Positions 45,733-55,299 of a DNA stretch of 64,000 nt are shown here, one piece after another. The stretch comes from Nanobdellota archaeon (GTDB taxonomy: Archaea > Nanobdellota > Nanobdellia > Woesearchaeales > GW2011-AR9): NCBI GenBank assembly GCA_038044525.1, contig JBBSZV010000033.1, forward strand, positions 7,131 through 71,130, in the 5' to 3' direction. The translations under genes were made by a program, and so were the position numbers. How positions within the stretch are numbered: position 1 is the stretch's first letter; each line of letters opens with the position of its first letter. The notes beneath the pieces were generated by a model. The model saw only the letters and a program-made list of their open reading frames with translations, did no database searches and was not told where the DNA came from.

Positions 45733-46299
45733 CTATCTTTCCTTAACTTTCCCTTCTACTAAATTAACTACCTTAGAAGGCCGCCCTTTCTTTTCGCCTT
45801 CGTAGATGATGAAGTCTACTCCGTCTTTAATGGTTTGATCCAAATCTTCCAATGAAGTCATGAATGGCTGTCCGGAACGATTGGCGGAAGTTGTAATAAT
45901 CGGAAAACCCAGTTCTTCGACCACGTCGCCGAACCAATGGCCGGGGATTCTTACACCGATGGTTTCTTGGTCTAAATTTACGTTTTTAGCGATAGCGTTC
46001 TTATTTTTTAGTTTCAGGATGAGCGTGTAAGGGCCGGGAAGCTTATTGAGCAAATCCTTTGCTTCCTTAGTAATTATGCAATTTTCGGTGATCCATTCTT
46101 TTGAAGGGGCGATGATTGAGAATGGGTTTGCTGGGCGCTCTTTTAATCTCCTGATTTTTCCCACTGCGTTTTTGTCAAGTGCATTGCAGCCGATGCCGTA
46201 GATGGTGTCGGTCGGATAGATGAATACTGCTCCATCACGGATCCGTCCGGCTATCTCGGCATAGCGCAGGCGAAGTTCAGCTTTGGTAAGAGTTTCCAT
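45733..46299 (-). CDS. tsaC: Threonylcarbamoyl-AMP synthase (Sua5/TsaC)
   Basis: YPTDTIYGIGC, KERP, PGPYTLIL, GVRIP, TTSANRSG. Confidence 0.92.
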   Translation of the reverse strand: METLTKAELRLRYAEIAGRIRDGAVFIYPTDTIYGIGCNALDKNAVGKIRRLKERPANPFSIIAPSKEWITENCIITKEAKDLLNKLPGPYTLILKLKNKNAIAKNVNLDQETIGVRIPGHWFGDVVEELGFPIITTSANRSGQPFMTSLEDLDQTIKDGVDFIIYEGEKKGRPSKVVNLVEGKVKER

Positions 46300-46336
46300 T
46301 AATTAGGGTGGTTATTACTGATTTATAATCTTTCCG

Positions 46337-46361
46337 AAAAAAAACGCGGCCGTTTCCGGCC
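46337..46361 (-). terminator. Hairpin plus U-tract terminator candidate
   Basis: Minus strand GGCCG-GAAA-CGGCC followed by a T8 run. Confidence 0.5.
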
Positions 46362-46388
46362 ACGAAAAGGGTAGTGAGGTGTGTGGTC

Positions 46389-46532
46389 TTAAGAAATAGC
46401 GTAGTAGCAATCGTAATCATCTATGAACGTCTGCTTGTTCTGCTTCTGCGCCGGCTCTTCGTACTTTTGCATAAGGTACAGAATCCGGTCTCTTATATTG
46501 TTCATGTTATTATTGTTCATGTTATTCATCAT
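46389..46532 (-). CDS. 47-aa Asn/Met-rich small protein
   Basis: MMNNMNNNNMNNIRDRILYLMQKYEEPAQKQNKQTFIDDYDCYYAIS. GGGGTGG SD and ATGA overlap with the upstream sORF. Confidence 0.5.
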   Translation of the reverse strand: MMNNMNNNNMNNIRDRILYLMQKYEEPAQKQNKQTFIDDYDCYYAIS

Positions 46533-46654
46533 AACCACCCCCCGCTTAGTTGGTAATCAAAAGAACCTTCTTTAGTCATGACCGTTTTTTGGGTCAATTC
46601 CCGCACCTGCCTTTCAAACAATTGTTGAATTGTTCTTGTCGTAAGATCCATCAT
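46529..46654 (-). CDS. 41-aa small protein
   Basis: MMDLTTRTIQQLFERQVRELTQKTVMTKEGSFDYQLSGGWL. GAGGTGG SD and upstream TATATAAA. Confidence 0.5.
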   Translation of the reverse strand: MMDLTTRTIQQLFERQVRELTQKTVMTKEGSFDYQLSGGWL

Positions 46655-46858
46655 GGTTTATACCACCTCTGTTTTTTGATAAATAATCTGATGTTAGAAG
46701 TTGTTTATATAGAAGACCCGGACTTGTCTAGTGCGGGAGTGGATAATCTAAAGAGCTTAAAAATCTTAAATTTTTAGTAATTAAGCCTTATTGGGCGTTT
46801 GTCCGGTGGTTGTCCAGTGGGTCATGGAAGAAATTTTCAAAATGTAAACTCTTTCAGT

Positions 46859-47239
46859 TTATTTAACCAAAACACCATTCAGAGTAGCTTCTTGCCCAGG
46901 TCGGGAAGTAATCCTGACTTTCCCCAGCTTAGTTTCCACAACAGCACCTTTAGTGATAATGTTTCGTCTTACCAGATGTGGGTTGGCTGGGTTTCCTACT
47001 ACGTTAAGAATTTCAACTTTAGTAGCTTTTCCTTTATTATCACAAACGTTAACGTTGCTGGCAGTCAGAAGAGAATGTTTAGTCCGTCCGCCGCGTATTC
47101 TGGTAGTTTTGACTTTCCGTTCTTTCTCCAGTTTAGTATTGGCAGGAAAGCCGGCCAATTCGCGCAGCCTTTTAGTCCTGGTATAATGATACCTTCCGCC
47201 GGATGGTTTCCGGTTGGATCTTCGTTGTGAACGTGCCAT
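46859..47239 (-). CDS. rps8e: 30S ribosomal protein eS8
   Basis: RSNRKPSGGR, RIRGG, NPANPHLVRRNIITKGAVV, TSRPGQ. Confidence 0.97.
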   Translation of the reverse strand: MARSQRRSNRKPSGGRYHYTRTKRLRELAGFPANTKLEKERKVKTTRIRGGRTKHSLLTASNVNVCDNKGKATKVEILNVVGNPANPHLVRRNIITKGAVVETKLGKVRITSRPGQEATLNGVLVK

Positions 47240-47291
47240 ATTGAGTTAGATTAAGGGGTGATTTTTAAACATTTCTAATTTTTACTGCAGA

Positions 47292-47618
47292 TTAAAACAA
47301 ATCGTCGTCAATCGCATCGAAATATGAGATTGGCTCCAAATCTAAATCAAAGGGGTCGTACGTTTGTTTTTGCGGTTGTTTTCTTTCCCAAACCAGCGAG
47401 TGATAAATAGGCCTTAAAATATCCCGCGGGCTCGGATACAAGACGCGCACATTTCTCATCTCATATCTCAAAGGCAGCTCTCCCTCTTCTACGAATGTTC
47501 CCCGCGCTGAACAAATAATTTTTGTTTGGTCATCCCTGATAGTCACATATTCCGGCCCTTCCGGGACAAATATTACTTTTTCATCGATAGCGATATCTTC
47601 AATAATGCGCAAAATCAT
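47292..47618 (-). CDS. Hypothetical protein
   Basis: 108-aa ORF coupled to the lonB 3' end. Confidence 0.6.
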   Translation of the reverse strand: MILRIIEDIAIDEKVIFVPEGPEYVTIRDDQTKIICSARGTFVEEGELPLRYEMRNVRVLYPSPRDILRPIYHSLVWERKQPQKQTYDPFDLDLEPISYFDAIDDDLF

Positions 47619-49489
47619 TTTTTCCTTCGGAATATTTTTTCTTTAAGTTTCTCATTCCCATTCCAATCCAAGGCATGTCCCATCACTTCTTCAATAGTAT
47701 CTACGGGGATAATTTTTACTTTTACCAATTTCTCTTCATCGATAACAATATCCTGGAGGTTTGATTTAGGAACAATGACCGTTTTCATCCCGGCATCGAT
47801 GGCTGCTTCGACCTTGGAAGAAACGCCGCCGACAGGAAGGACTTCTCCGCGGACGGACAGCGAACCGGTCATGGCCACGTCTTGTTTTATGGGTATCTCT
47901 TTCAATGCAGATATGATGGCGGTCGCCACGGCGATGGAAGCTGAATCTCCTTCCACGCCCTCATGGGTCTGCAGGAACTGCACGAATATATCTTTAGTCT
48001 CTTTGATATCTTCGCCGAAATATTTTTGGATGATAGCAGACACGTTCTTGACTGCTTCCTTGGCGATCTCTCCGAGTTTTCCGGTAGCAATAATCTCTGC
48101 TTTCTTCCCGCCGGGAGTCACTTCTGCTTCTATCGGCAGTAAAATTCCCGAGTATGCAGAACCGCCGCCGATGACCGCCAATCCATTGACTCTTCCGACG
48201 CGCAGGCCGGAAGTGATGATCACTTCGTATTCTTTCTTGCGTTCGATATATTTGTCTGCCATCTGCTGTTCCAGGGGCCTAGCCAATATTTTTGCTTCCT
48301 TGACGTGCTATCTGTTCACAAACTCGGATTCTTCTTCTCGTGCTAAGTCGCCGGCAGCCCGAACTAATCCGCCCAGGCCGCGCAGGTGCAACGTAAGGCG
48401 CCCCTTGTGGTTGGCTCTCCTCCGCGCTTCTTCCACGATCGCTTTCAGTGCAGAAAGATCAAAATGGGGAATTTTTCTGTCTTCCTTTTTTATTTCCTGG
48501 GCAACAAAACGGGCGATCTTAGTCCGGTTCTCCTTAGTGTCAGGCATGGTTTCGTTCATATATACTTCATACCCGTATCCCCTGATCCTGGAACGCAGGG
48601 CTGGATGCATATTCTTGATGGTCTCGGGATTTCCTGCGGCGACCAAAATAAAATCGCAGGGCACCGGTTCGGTCCGTACCATCGCGCCGGCAGAGCGTTC
48701 AGACTGTCCGGTGATGGGGAATTTTTTTTCCTGCAAGGCAGAGAGCATTTCTTGCTGTGTTCTGGGATGAAGCGTAGCGATTTCGTCGATGAATAACACT
48801 CCCTTGTGTGCTTTATGGATCATTCCGGCCACGACTCGCTGGTTTGCCGGAGTTCCTAATCCGCCTGATTGAAACGGGTCGTGCAGTACATCACCTAACA
48901 ATGCTCCTGCGTGTGCGCCGGTAGCATCAAAGAATTGCGCTTGTTTTTTGTCAAAATTGTCTACGATAACTTTTGGTGCGATAACTTTAGATGTTTGGAA
49001 CATTCTCGGCCCCATATTTATAGATATGGCAAATCCAGCAAGAAACATCATGCCGCCTAAGAAAAAAGCGGTGAACATCAAATCTGATTGATAATGATAG
49101 CGGATCCACCAAGGCGCAATGAAAGTTATGATAGCGACAATGAACAGCAGAAAACTATTATTTTTCATAGACTTATTAGCATCCAACTGATAACTTAATG
49201 CTTCTTCTCTCCCTTTTCCGGCAGGCAGGGTTTTGATGTAAGGATTATTTTCATCATTAGGGTTGGGATAAGCAAGGGTATCTTTCAAGTCGGATTTGGG
49301 AAGAAGTTCGGCCAAGGCAATTCCCAGCATGGATTTTCCTGTTCCTGGCTCGCCTATCAATAGGACGTGCCGGCGCTGCAGTGCAGCTTTTTTAATTATT
49401 TTGACTGCTTCTTCCTGGCCCAGAACTTGGTCTACTATTTTATCAGGTACCTTTATGTTCTTAGTGGTGATATTTTTAGCTGATTCCAT
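47615..49489 (-). pseudogene. lonB: Archaeal LonB protease interrupted by one in-frame TAG (48308-48310)
   Basis: Walker [11 protein letters not shown] insert, FIDE, protease domain GDSAS and K dyad. The two track ORFs share a frame: [19 protein letters not shown]. Confidence 0.85.
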
Positions 49490-49595
49490 ACTTACCTTAG
49501 AACATCTATCACTCGATGGGTGTAAATTCCAGTCTTGATTTAAAAAGATTGCGGAGAAATGGGGGAGATTCAATCTTCCATATTCCGGAATAAAG

Positions 49596-49844
49596 CTATA
49601 CCCTACATTTGCCGCAGCAGGCGCATTCAGATTCCCCCAAGCCCCGGTACCTAATTACTGGATGGTTGCATTCTATTTCTGGTATATTTGCTGCTTTGTA
49701 GCGTCGGACGACTTCTTCTTCAAGCTGGCTTATTTCTTCTCCAGCCTCAGCTACTTTTTTTTGAAGAGCCTCATATGTTTCATAAAGGGCGCCATAATTT
49801 TTCCGGGCTTCTAACAAATCCGTAATATCTGGTAAATTTGCCAA
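49596..49844 (-). CDS. Hypothetical coiled-coil protein with C-terminal Cys/His cluster
   Basis: CNH...CACCGKC. Confidence 0.55.
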   Translation of the reverse strand: MANLPDITDLLEARKNYGALYETYEALQKKVAEAGEEISQLEEEVVRRYKAANIPEIECNHPVIRYRGLGESECACCGKCRV

Positions 49845-49859
49845 TTTTCTTCCATCGTT

Positions 49860-50603
49860 CTATGCCGTTTTTCTTTCTTTCTTATTATTAACTACGTTAA
49901 TAAAAATCTCATCAAAATGGCCTTTCTGTTCCATTTCGATCTTCTGCTGCGTCTCCAAGTGCAGCAAGGGGATGAAAGTATAAACCTTCTCATGCTTTCC
50001 CGCTTTCGGCGGCAGCAATCGGGTATAGGTCAATTTCTGTTCCGGATCTTTGCTGATATAATAATTTATCTTGTGGTAGATATCGCGGATGACTTCCAGG
50101 ATGTCTATCTTCCGCTGCGGCATGGAAAAAGTGGTGGGGCGCTGCCTTTCCAGGATCCTTTTCTTGGTAGCCATGGCTCTCTGCAAGGCTTCCACTAAAT
50201 CTTCGACGGACACTTTCCTGTTCCTAGGCTGAGGATTTCTGGGTATAAGCTGCGGCTGCATAGAATTTTTTGGGTCGCGTAAGCGCTGTTCCATCTCTTC
50301 AAACAGCTCTTCTTCAGGAATCCCTTCATTTTGATCGATCAGCTTGTCAAGATTGGAGATGTCATTTTCTACCAGATGCGTGGCCTTGATCCGCAATAAG
50401 ACTGCAGCGGCCAGCAGGATCTTCCCAGGTATTTTGAAATCATGCTCCTGCATCTCTTTGATGATCTGGATAAATTTCCTGGCCAGAAGGGAAACATCAA
50501 TGTCCCAGGGATCCATCTGTTCGGTCTTGACCAAATCATAGATGATGTTTTTCCAGTTCAGCTCATCCTGATTCAACAGCAAATCGAATATTTTTTCCTG
50601 CAT
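49860..50603 (-). CDS. scpA: Segregation and condensation protein A (kleisin)
   Basis: MDPWDIDVS.L, GKILLAAAVLLRIKA, RKVSVEDLVEAL, VYTFIPLLHL, Q..HFDEI. Confidence 0.88.
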   Translation of the reverse strand: MQEKIFDLLLNQDELNWKNIIYDLVKTEQMDPWDIDVSLLARKFIQIIKEMQEHDFKIPGKILLAAAVLLRIKATHLVENDISNLDKLIDQNEGIPEEELFEEMEQRLRDPKNSMQPQLIPRNPQPRNRKVSVEDLVEALQRAMATKKRILERQRPTTFSMPQRKIDILEVIRDIYHKINYYISKDPEQKLTYTRLLPPKAGKHEKVYTFIPLLHLETQQKIEMEQKGHFDEIFINVVNNKKERKTA

Positions 50604-50769
50604 GAGGCTTAAAAATTCTTAAGAGTTTAAATGCTTATTGTTTATAACTAGTTTGTCGCAGGGTTAAGATGTTAAGCTGCGCGATTCTTCAGATATTTTC
50701 ATCGAAACAGCTTCTCTTGAATAAAAATATTTAAAAAGAGAGGGCTACCGAGATACTTCAGAAAAGAAA

Positions 50770-52185
50770 ATGGCGGGAAAATCTATCTTATCGAGGACTT
50801 ATGTTTTATCAAGGATTTTTTTATCCAGGACATTAGTCCTATCATTATGTTTGCTGTTATTTTTAACCGCATCTTCAGCTCTGGCAGAAGATTCCGTGGT
50901 CCTGAATCCAGTTCCCGCTTCCGGAAAAACTCCACTGCAAGTGACGTTTAACCTTACTGCGTCAGAAGAGATTATCTCTATAGCTTGGGACTTTGATGGC
51001 GATGGCGTTACTGATGGTTCCGAATTAGCGCCGGTTTACACTTACCAGCAGGCGGGAATATATGAAGCGTCTGCAAATGTAACTACTGCAAGCGGCAGCA
51101 GCGTTGTTTCTTCGACGATAAAAGTAGAAGATCCTTTCATTGTTTCCGTAATTGCCGTGCCGTCGTCAGGGATAGCGCCTTTGGAAGTCAGGTTCACTAC
51201 GATCGTCTCCGGCAGCAGCCAATTCGTGTATGCCTGGGATTTTGATAATGATGGTGTTATCGACAGCACCGAACAAAATCCAAGCTACGTTTTTGAGAAT
51301 GTTGGCGATGTCATAGTGAAATTATCAGTGCAGGATAGTGAAGAAAGAAAAGTGACCAAATCGGTGCCGGTCATGGTAAGCTCTTATGATTCAAAAATAA
51401 ATCTAGTGTCTTATTTTCCCATGACGCTGCAATTAAAAGAAAACCAAGTTACGTTTTTGGTGACTAACGGCGGCACGGGAGCGATCAAGGACATCAGCGC
51501 AAAAATAGTCGGAGAAGGCGTCCAGCACCTAAGCTCTACGACCATCTCCCGTTTGAAGCCGGGAGAGCAGGATTCTTTGACCGTTAAGATGAATATTCTT
51601 CAGGGGGGGAATGTCACGGCGATGATTAAAATCGACGAGAAGGCTTTCCCGGTCACTTTTACCGTAGTCGGAGAGGTAGAGGTGGATAAAGAGCAATTAA
51701 AACTAAAGCTTGCTGAAGTGAAACAGAAATTGCAGGAACAGGAAGATTTGTATTATCAAAAAAAGGCAGAAGATTATATGGTGGACGAAATATTCGACAG
51801 CATTAAAGCAGCAAAAAAACAATTACAGGATGCGCAGCAGCAGATGCTGACAAATCATCTTGAAGAAGCGCAGGTGAATGTTGATATGGCCGGGCCGGCG
51901 GTGGATGAAATCGCTCGGCGTTTGGAAATAGCGATAAGGCAGGAGCAGACTATGCTATTATGGATGAAAGAAAACGCCGTAGCTATCACTGCCATCATAG
52001 CTGCGGTCGGAACTTTGGGCGGCGTGGCTGTCAAAATTACTAAAGGCGCGAAAAAGCTTGGCGAAGATGTGAAAGACAAATTAGTTTCTAAGAAGGGCAA
52101 GGGAGAAAGCGCTGCGCATAAGAAGCCTGCGGTCGAAGAGCCTAAAGAAGAGAAAGACGTCCCCAAAGAGGAGAAGAAAGAATAA
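50770..52185 (+). CDS. PKD-domain surface protein with coiled-coil stalk and C-terminal TM
   Basis: Two WDFDGDG/WDFDNDG PKD repeats, Ig-like domain, heptad region, TM and a charged tail. Confidence 0.8.
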   Translation: MAGKSILSRTYVLSRIFLSRTLVLSLCLLLFLTASSALAEDSVVLNPVPASGKTPLQVTFNLTASEEIISIAWDFDGDGVTDGSELAPVYTYQQAGIYEASANVTTASGSSVVSSTIKVEDPFIVSVIAVPSSGIAPLEVRFTTIVSGSSQFVYAWDFDNDGVIDSTEQNPSYVFENVGDVIVKLSVQDSEERKVTKSVPVMVSSYDSKINLVSYFPMTLQLKENQVTFLVTNGGTGAIKDISAKIVGEGVQHLSSTTISRLKPGEQDSLTVKMNILQGGNVTAMIKIDEKAFPVTFTVVGEVEVDKEQLKLKLAEVKQKLQEQEDLYYQKKAEDYMVDEIFDSIKAAKKQLQDAQQQMLTNHLEEAQVNVDMAGPAVDEIARRLEIAIRQEQTMLLWMKENAVAITAIIAAVGTLGGVAVKITKGAKKLGEDVKDKLVSKKGKGESAAHKKPAVEEPKEEKDVPKEEKKE

Positions 52186-52229
52186 TATCCGTAATATTTT
52201 TAAACAGGCTTAAATCCTTTTGCTGTATT

Positions 52230-52319
52230 GGGCTCGTGGTCTAGTGGCTATGATGCTGCCCTTACAAGGCGGATGTCGCCGGTTCGAGATGATTGTCAAC
52301 GAAAATCCGGCCGGGCCCA
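52230..52319 (+). tRNA. tRNA-Val(TAC) with a 17-nt T-loop (59/60) intron
   Basis: Acceptor GGGCTCG/CGGGCCC, anticodon arm CTGCC-CTTACAA-GGCGG. BHB-like TTCG/CGAA with AGA and AAT bulges. Intron 52289-52305. Confidence 0.9.
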
Positions 52320-52411
52320 TTCATCTTTAGACAACGGCGTGAAATCCATTTTATTATCCGCAAAGCCTTCTTTACAAAATATTTATCAATATTCCTCATT
52401 TCAACCACTTA

Positions 52412-53614
52412 ATGGAAATATATCAACCGGCAGAAGATTCGTACTTATTGCAGAGATTTGTGTCCCGGCATGCTTACGGCCGGGTGCTTGACGTAGGCAC
52501 CGGTTCGGGGATACAGGCCATAACTGCTATAGGAAATCCGCAGGTGCGGGAAGTAATTGCAATAGATATAAACGCGGAAGCAGCCGGTGTTTTTGAGCAG
52601 AAGGTGCAGAAACAGAAACTGCGTAAGATCAAGGTCCTGCAAAGCGACCTGTTTGAAGAAGTAAGCGGTTATTTCAATGTAATCATTTTCAATCCCCCGT
52701 ATCTGCCGCAAGATAAAGGTATCAGGGACGACGCGATCTATGGTGGAAAGAAAGGGTGGGAGATTTCTGAACGGTTCTTTAAAGAGGTTTCAAATCATCT
52801 GTTTCCAGAAGGGATGATATTATTTTTGTTCTCTTCCCTGACCAATAAACAGAAGATAGAAGAGATACTTTATCATAATATGTTGGGGTGGGAAGAGCTG
52901 GGCGAAGAAAAGATCGCTTTTGAAACTTTGTATGTGTATAAGATCACCAAAACATCTTTACTGCGCCAGCTGGAAGGAAAACTGCTGCGGGATATACATT
53001 ATTTTGCAGAAGGCAAGCGGGGAGTGATATATACTGCTAAATCTGATAAGAGCAAGCTGGTGAAAAGCCATTTTCCTTCAAAGCGGGAGATAGTTACTGT
53101 CGCGATCAAAGTAAAGAAGAAAGAAAGCAAGGCGGAAGATGCCATCGCCAGCGAAGCGCTGTGGCTGAAAGCCCTAAACAAGCAGGGCATAGGGCCGAGA
53201 TTTTTGTTCTCCGAGGAAGAATATGTGGTGTATGAGTTTGTGGAAGGGGAATATATAGAAGATTGGCTGCCGAAAGCTTCCCCGGAAGCGGTAAAAAAAG
53301 TCCTGGTCGACGTTTTGGAGCAATGTTTTATCCTCGACCAGATGAAGGTGAACAAAGAAGAGATGCACAATCCCTTAAAACATATTATCATCGATGCGGA
53401 GAATATGCCGGTCTTGATCGATTTTGAACGGTGTTATGAGACCGAAAAACCGCACAACGTGACTCAGTTTGTGGATTTCATCGGCAAACGGCAGAAATTA
53501 TTGCTCAAGAAAGGTTTTGCTTTCGGCCTGAAAGAGCTGCGGGAAGCGGCAGTTAAATATAAGCAAACTTATGGGGAAAAGGAGTTTGAAGCGATGGTTG
53601 GATTGTTGAGATGA
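52412..53614 (+). CDS. HemK/PrmC-like methyltransferase fused to an atypical (RIO/Bud32-like) kinase domain
   Basis: YQPAEDSYLL, LDVGTGSG, FNPPY. Then AEGKRGVIY, VAIK, KEEMHNPLKHI, LIDFE. Confidence 0.85.
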   Translation: MEIYQPAEDSYLLQRFVSRHAYGRVLDVGTGSGIQAITAIGNPQVREVIAIDINAEAAGVFEQKVQKQKLRKIKVLQSDLFEEVSGYFNVIIFNPPYLPQDKGIRDDAIYGGKKGWEISERFFKEVSNHLFPEGMILFLFSSLTNKQKIEEILYHNMLGWEELGEEKIAFETLYVYKITKTSLLRQLEGKLLRDIHYFAEGKRGVIYTAKSDKSKLVKSHFPSKREIVTVAIKVKKKESKAEDAIASEALWLKALNKQGIGPRFLFSEEEYVVYEFVEGEYIEDWLPKASPEAVKKVLVDVLEQCFILDQMKVNKEEMHNPLKHIIIDAENMPVLIDFERCYETEKPHNVTQFVDFIGKRQKLLLKKGFAFGLKELREAAVKYKQTYGEKEFEAMVGLLR

Positions 53615-53666
53615 ATACTTTAACCATGGAAAATAATATAAAACTCTTTAAGATTAAAGGTGATCA

Positions 53667-54164
53667 ATGGGAATCTTCAATTGGTTAGCCGGTAAAGCAG
53701 CTTCAGAGAAATCTGAAGAAGAGAAATTGCTGATTGATTTAAGCGAAGCGGGTAAGTATTTAGATCGTGCTAGAAAATGGTCTATTCTAGATAACCGGCC
53801 GACAGGCCCTAAAAGAGATGCGGTTTCCAGGCAATATGGTCTAGCTATTACTGAAGCACTTAAATGGCTCAAAGAAGCAAGGAAAAGAGTATCGTTAATT
53901 ATTGCGAAATTAGAGTCTAAAAAAACTGTTACCGGTTATAGAAAAATGGGTCATTTATCAGATGATGGGGTGGAATTTCTGAAGTTAATGTTAGAAATAG
54001 ACTTGCAGTTATCTAAACAAATCAGAAACATTAGTACTGTAGTTTCATTGCCAGGATGGTTATATACGAAGGAGGGTTTTCATTCAGTTCTAACTTCCTA
54101 TTCTAAACGAGTACTTAAGTATCGCGAAAAAATCAAAGAGCATTTGAAAAAGATAGATGACTGA
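53667..54164 (+). CDS. Hypothetical basic protein
   Basis: 165-aa AT-rich ORF with AGGTGA SD. Confidence 0.6.
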   Translation: MGIFNWLAGKAASEKSEEEKLLIDLSEAGKYLDRARKWSILDNRPTGPKRDAVSRQYGLAITEALKWLKEARKRVSLIIAKLESKKTVTGYRKMGHLSDDGVEFLKLMLEIDLQLSKQIRNISTVVSLPGWLYTKEGFHSVLTSYSKRVLKYREKIKEHLKKIDD

Positions 54165-54174
54165 TCGGAACTTC

Positions 54175-54876
54175 CTAATAATACTCTACTTCTTTTTCAG
54201 CGTAGATGCCTTTCTTCAGTTCCACCGGCCGCCATTCGTCGATGATTAAGGTCGCTCCCAGCCATTCTGACAATTCCTTGGGGTTGCCTATGGTTGCCGA
54301 AAGGCCGATGATCTGCGGCTTGATGAGGCTCTTAAGGAGCGTAAGGATAATTTCCAAAGTAGGTCCCCTGGAAGTATCGTTCAATAGATGGATCTCATCC
54401 ACGATCACGGTTTTCACTTCGGAAAGCCAGCCAACCCTATGCCGCAGAAGCGAATCCAGCTTTTCCGTGGTAAGGATAAGCAAGTCGTAATCGGTCAGAT
54501 AGTCGGCTTCAGAATCTACGTCGCCGGTCGAAAGTATCACTTTGTATGGAGAATCCTTGAACAAAGTTAGATATTCCTTGTATTTTTCTGTCCCTAGGGC
54601 TTTGAGCGGCACTAAATATATACTCTTGCTCTTTTTGCGCTCTTGTTCCAAGGAATTATCCTGGGTATTATCCTGAGTATCATGGTTGCCCAGAGTATTA
54701 TATATAGCCATAGTAGCGATCAAAGTTTTCCCGGAAGCAGTAGGGGCGCAGACCAGAATTGATTTTTTCTCCAAGAGTCCGGCTTTTACGGCTTTCTCCT
54801 GGATGGGCGTAAGAGTATTGAATGCGGCATATCGTTTTTTGAACGGTTCGGGCAGGGGAAGGCTGTTGATGTCCAT
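54175..54876 (-). CDS. Hel308/Ski2-like helicase, first RecA domain only
   Basis: Q motif LTPIQ, APTASGKT, VPLKAL, TTEKLDSLLR, DEIH, LSAT, WRPVEL, then stop. Confidence 0.8.
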   Translation of the reverse strand: MDINSLPLPEPFKKRYAAFNTLTPIQEKAVKAGLLEKKSILVCAPTASGKTLIATMAIYNTLGNHDTQDNTQDNSLEQERKKSKSIYLVPLKALGTEKYKEYLTLFKDSPYKVILSTGDVDSEADYLTDYDLLILTTEKLDSLLRHRVGWLSEVKTVIVDEIHLLNDTSRGPTLEIILTLLKSLIKPQIIGLSATIGNPKELSEWLGATLIIDEWRPVELKKGIYAEKEVEYY

Positions 54877-55299
54877 CTTATTTCATCTTATCGTTTTCGT
54901 AACCCGAATCTTTATAATTCTTTAGTGTTGTCGTGGCTACCAAATACATGGCTGCGACCAATTTACCAGAACTAAGTTCCAGAACATAGTTTTATCATTT
55001 AACAATGATGAACCGCCAAAAGCAAAAAATTTTTCAGTTTCAAGACGCCTCCATTTTTAGTGCGGATAGGTTCCGGTTATCTTAACGAAAAACTTATAAA
55101 TGGTTTTTCAGTAGTTGGAGATACTTAGTAGATGTGTCAATAAAGGATTACATCAATCTTAGGAATCCTTTGGATTTTTAATCCGTCTATAAGACCGAAA
55201 CAAGTGGGCCCTTGTGGTTTGCTGTTCGGAACTCTTAGGATGGAGCAGGACTGAGGAGAAGAGTTGGAAAACATATTCAAAACACGGAGGTGTGTTTTA

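Noticed and set aside
46715..46850. SRP (7S) RNA next to rps8e
   Set aside because: Too short, and I could not find the helix 8 / SRP54-binding motif.
40150..48310. Genome-wide amber (TAG) recoding suggested by lonB and the methyltransferase tail
   Set aside because: Conserved genes such as rps2 and tsaC end at TAG at expected lengths, and no pyl genes are seen.
47526..48770. 414-aa plus-strand ORF
   Set aside because: Antisense shadow of lonB with no recognisable motifs.
52228..52491. 87-aa ORF
   Set aside because: Overlaps the tRNA-Val gene.
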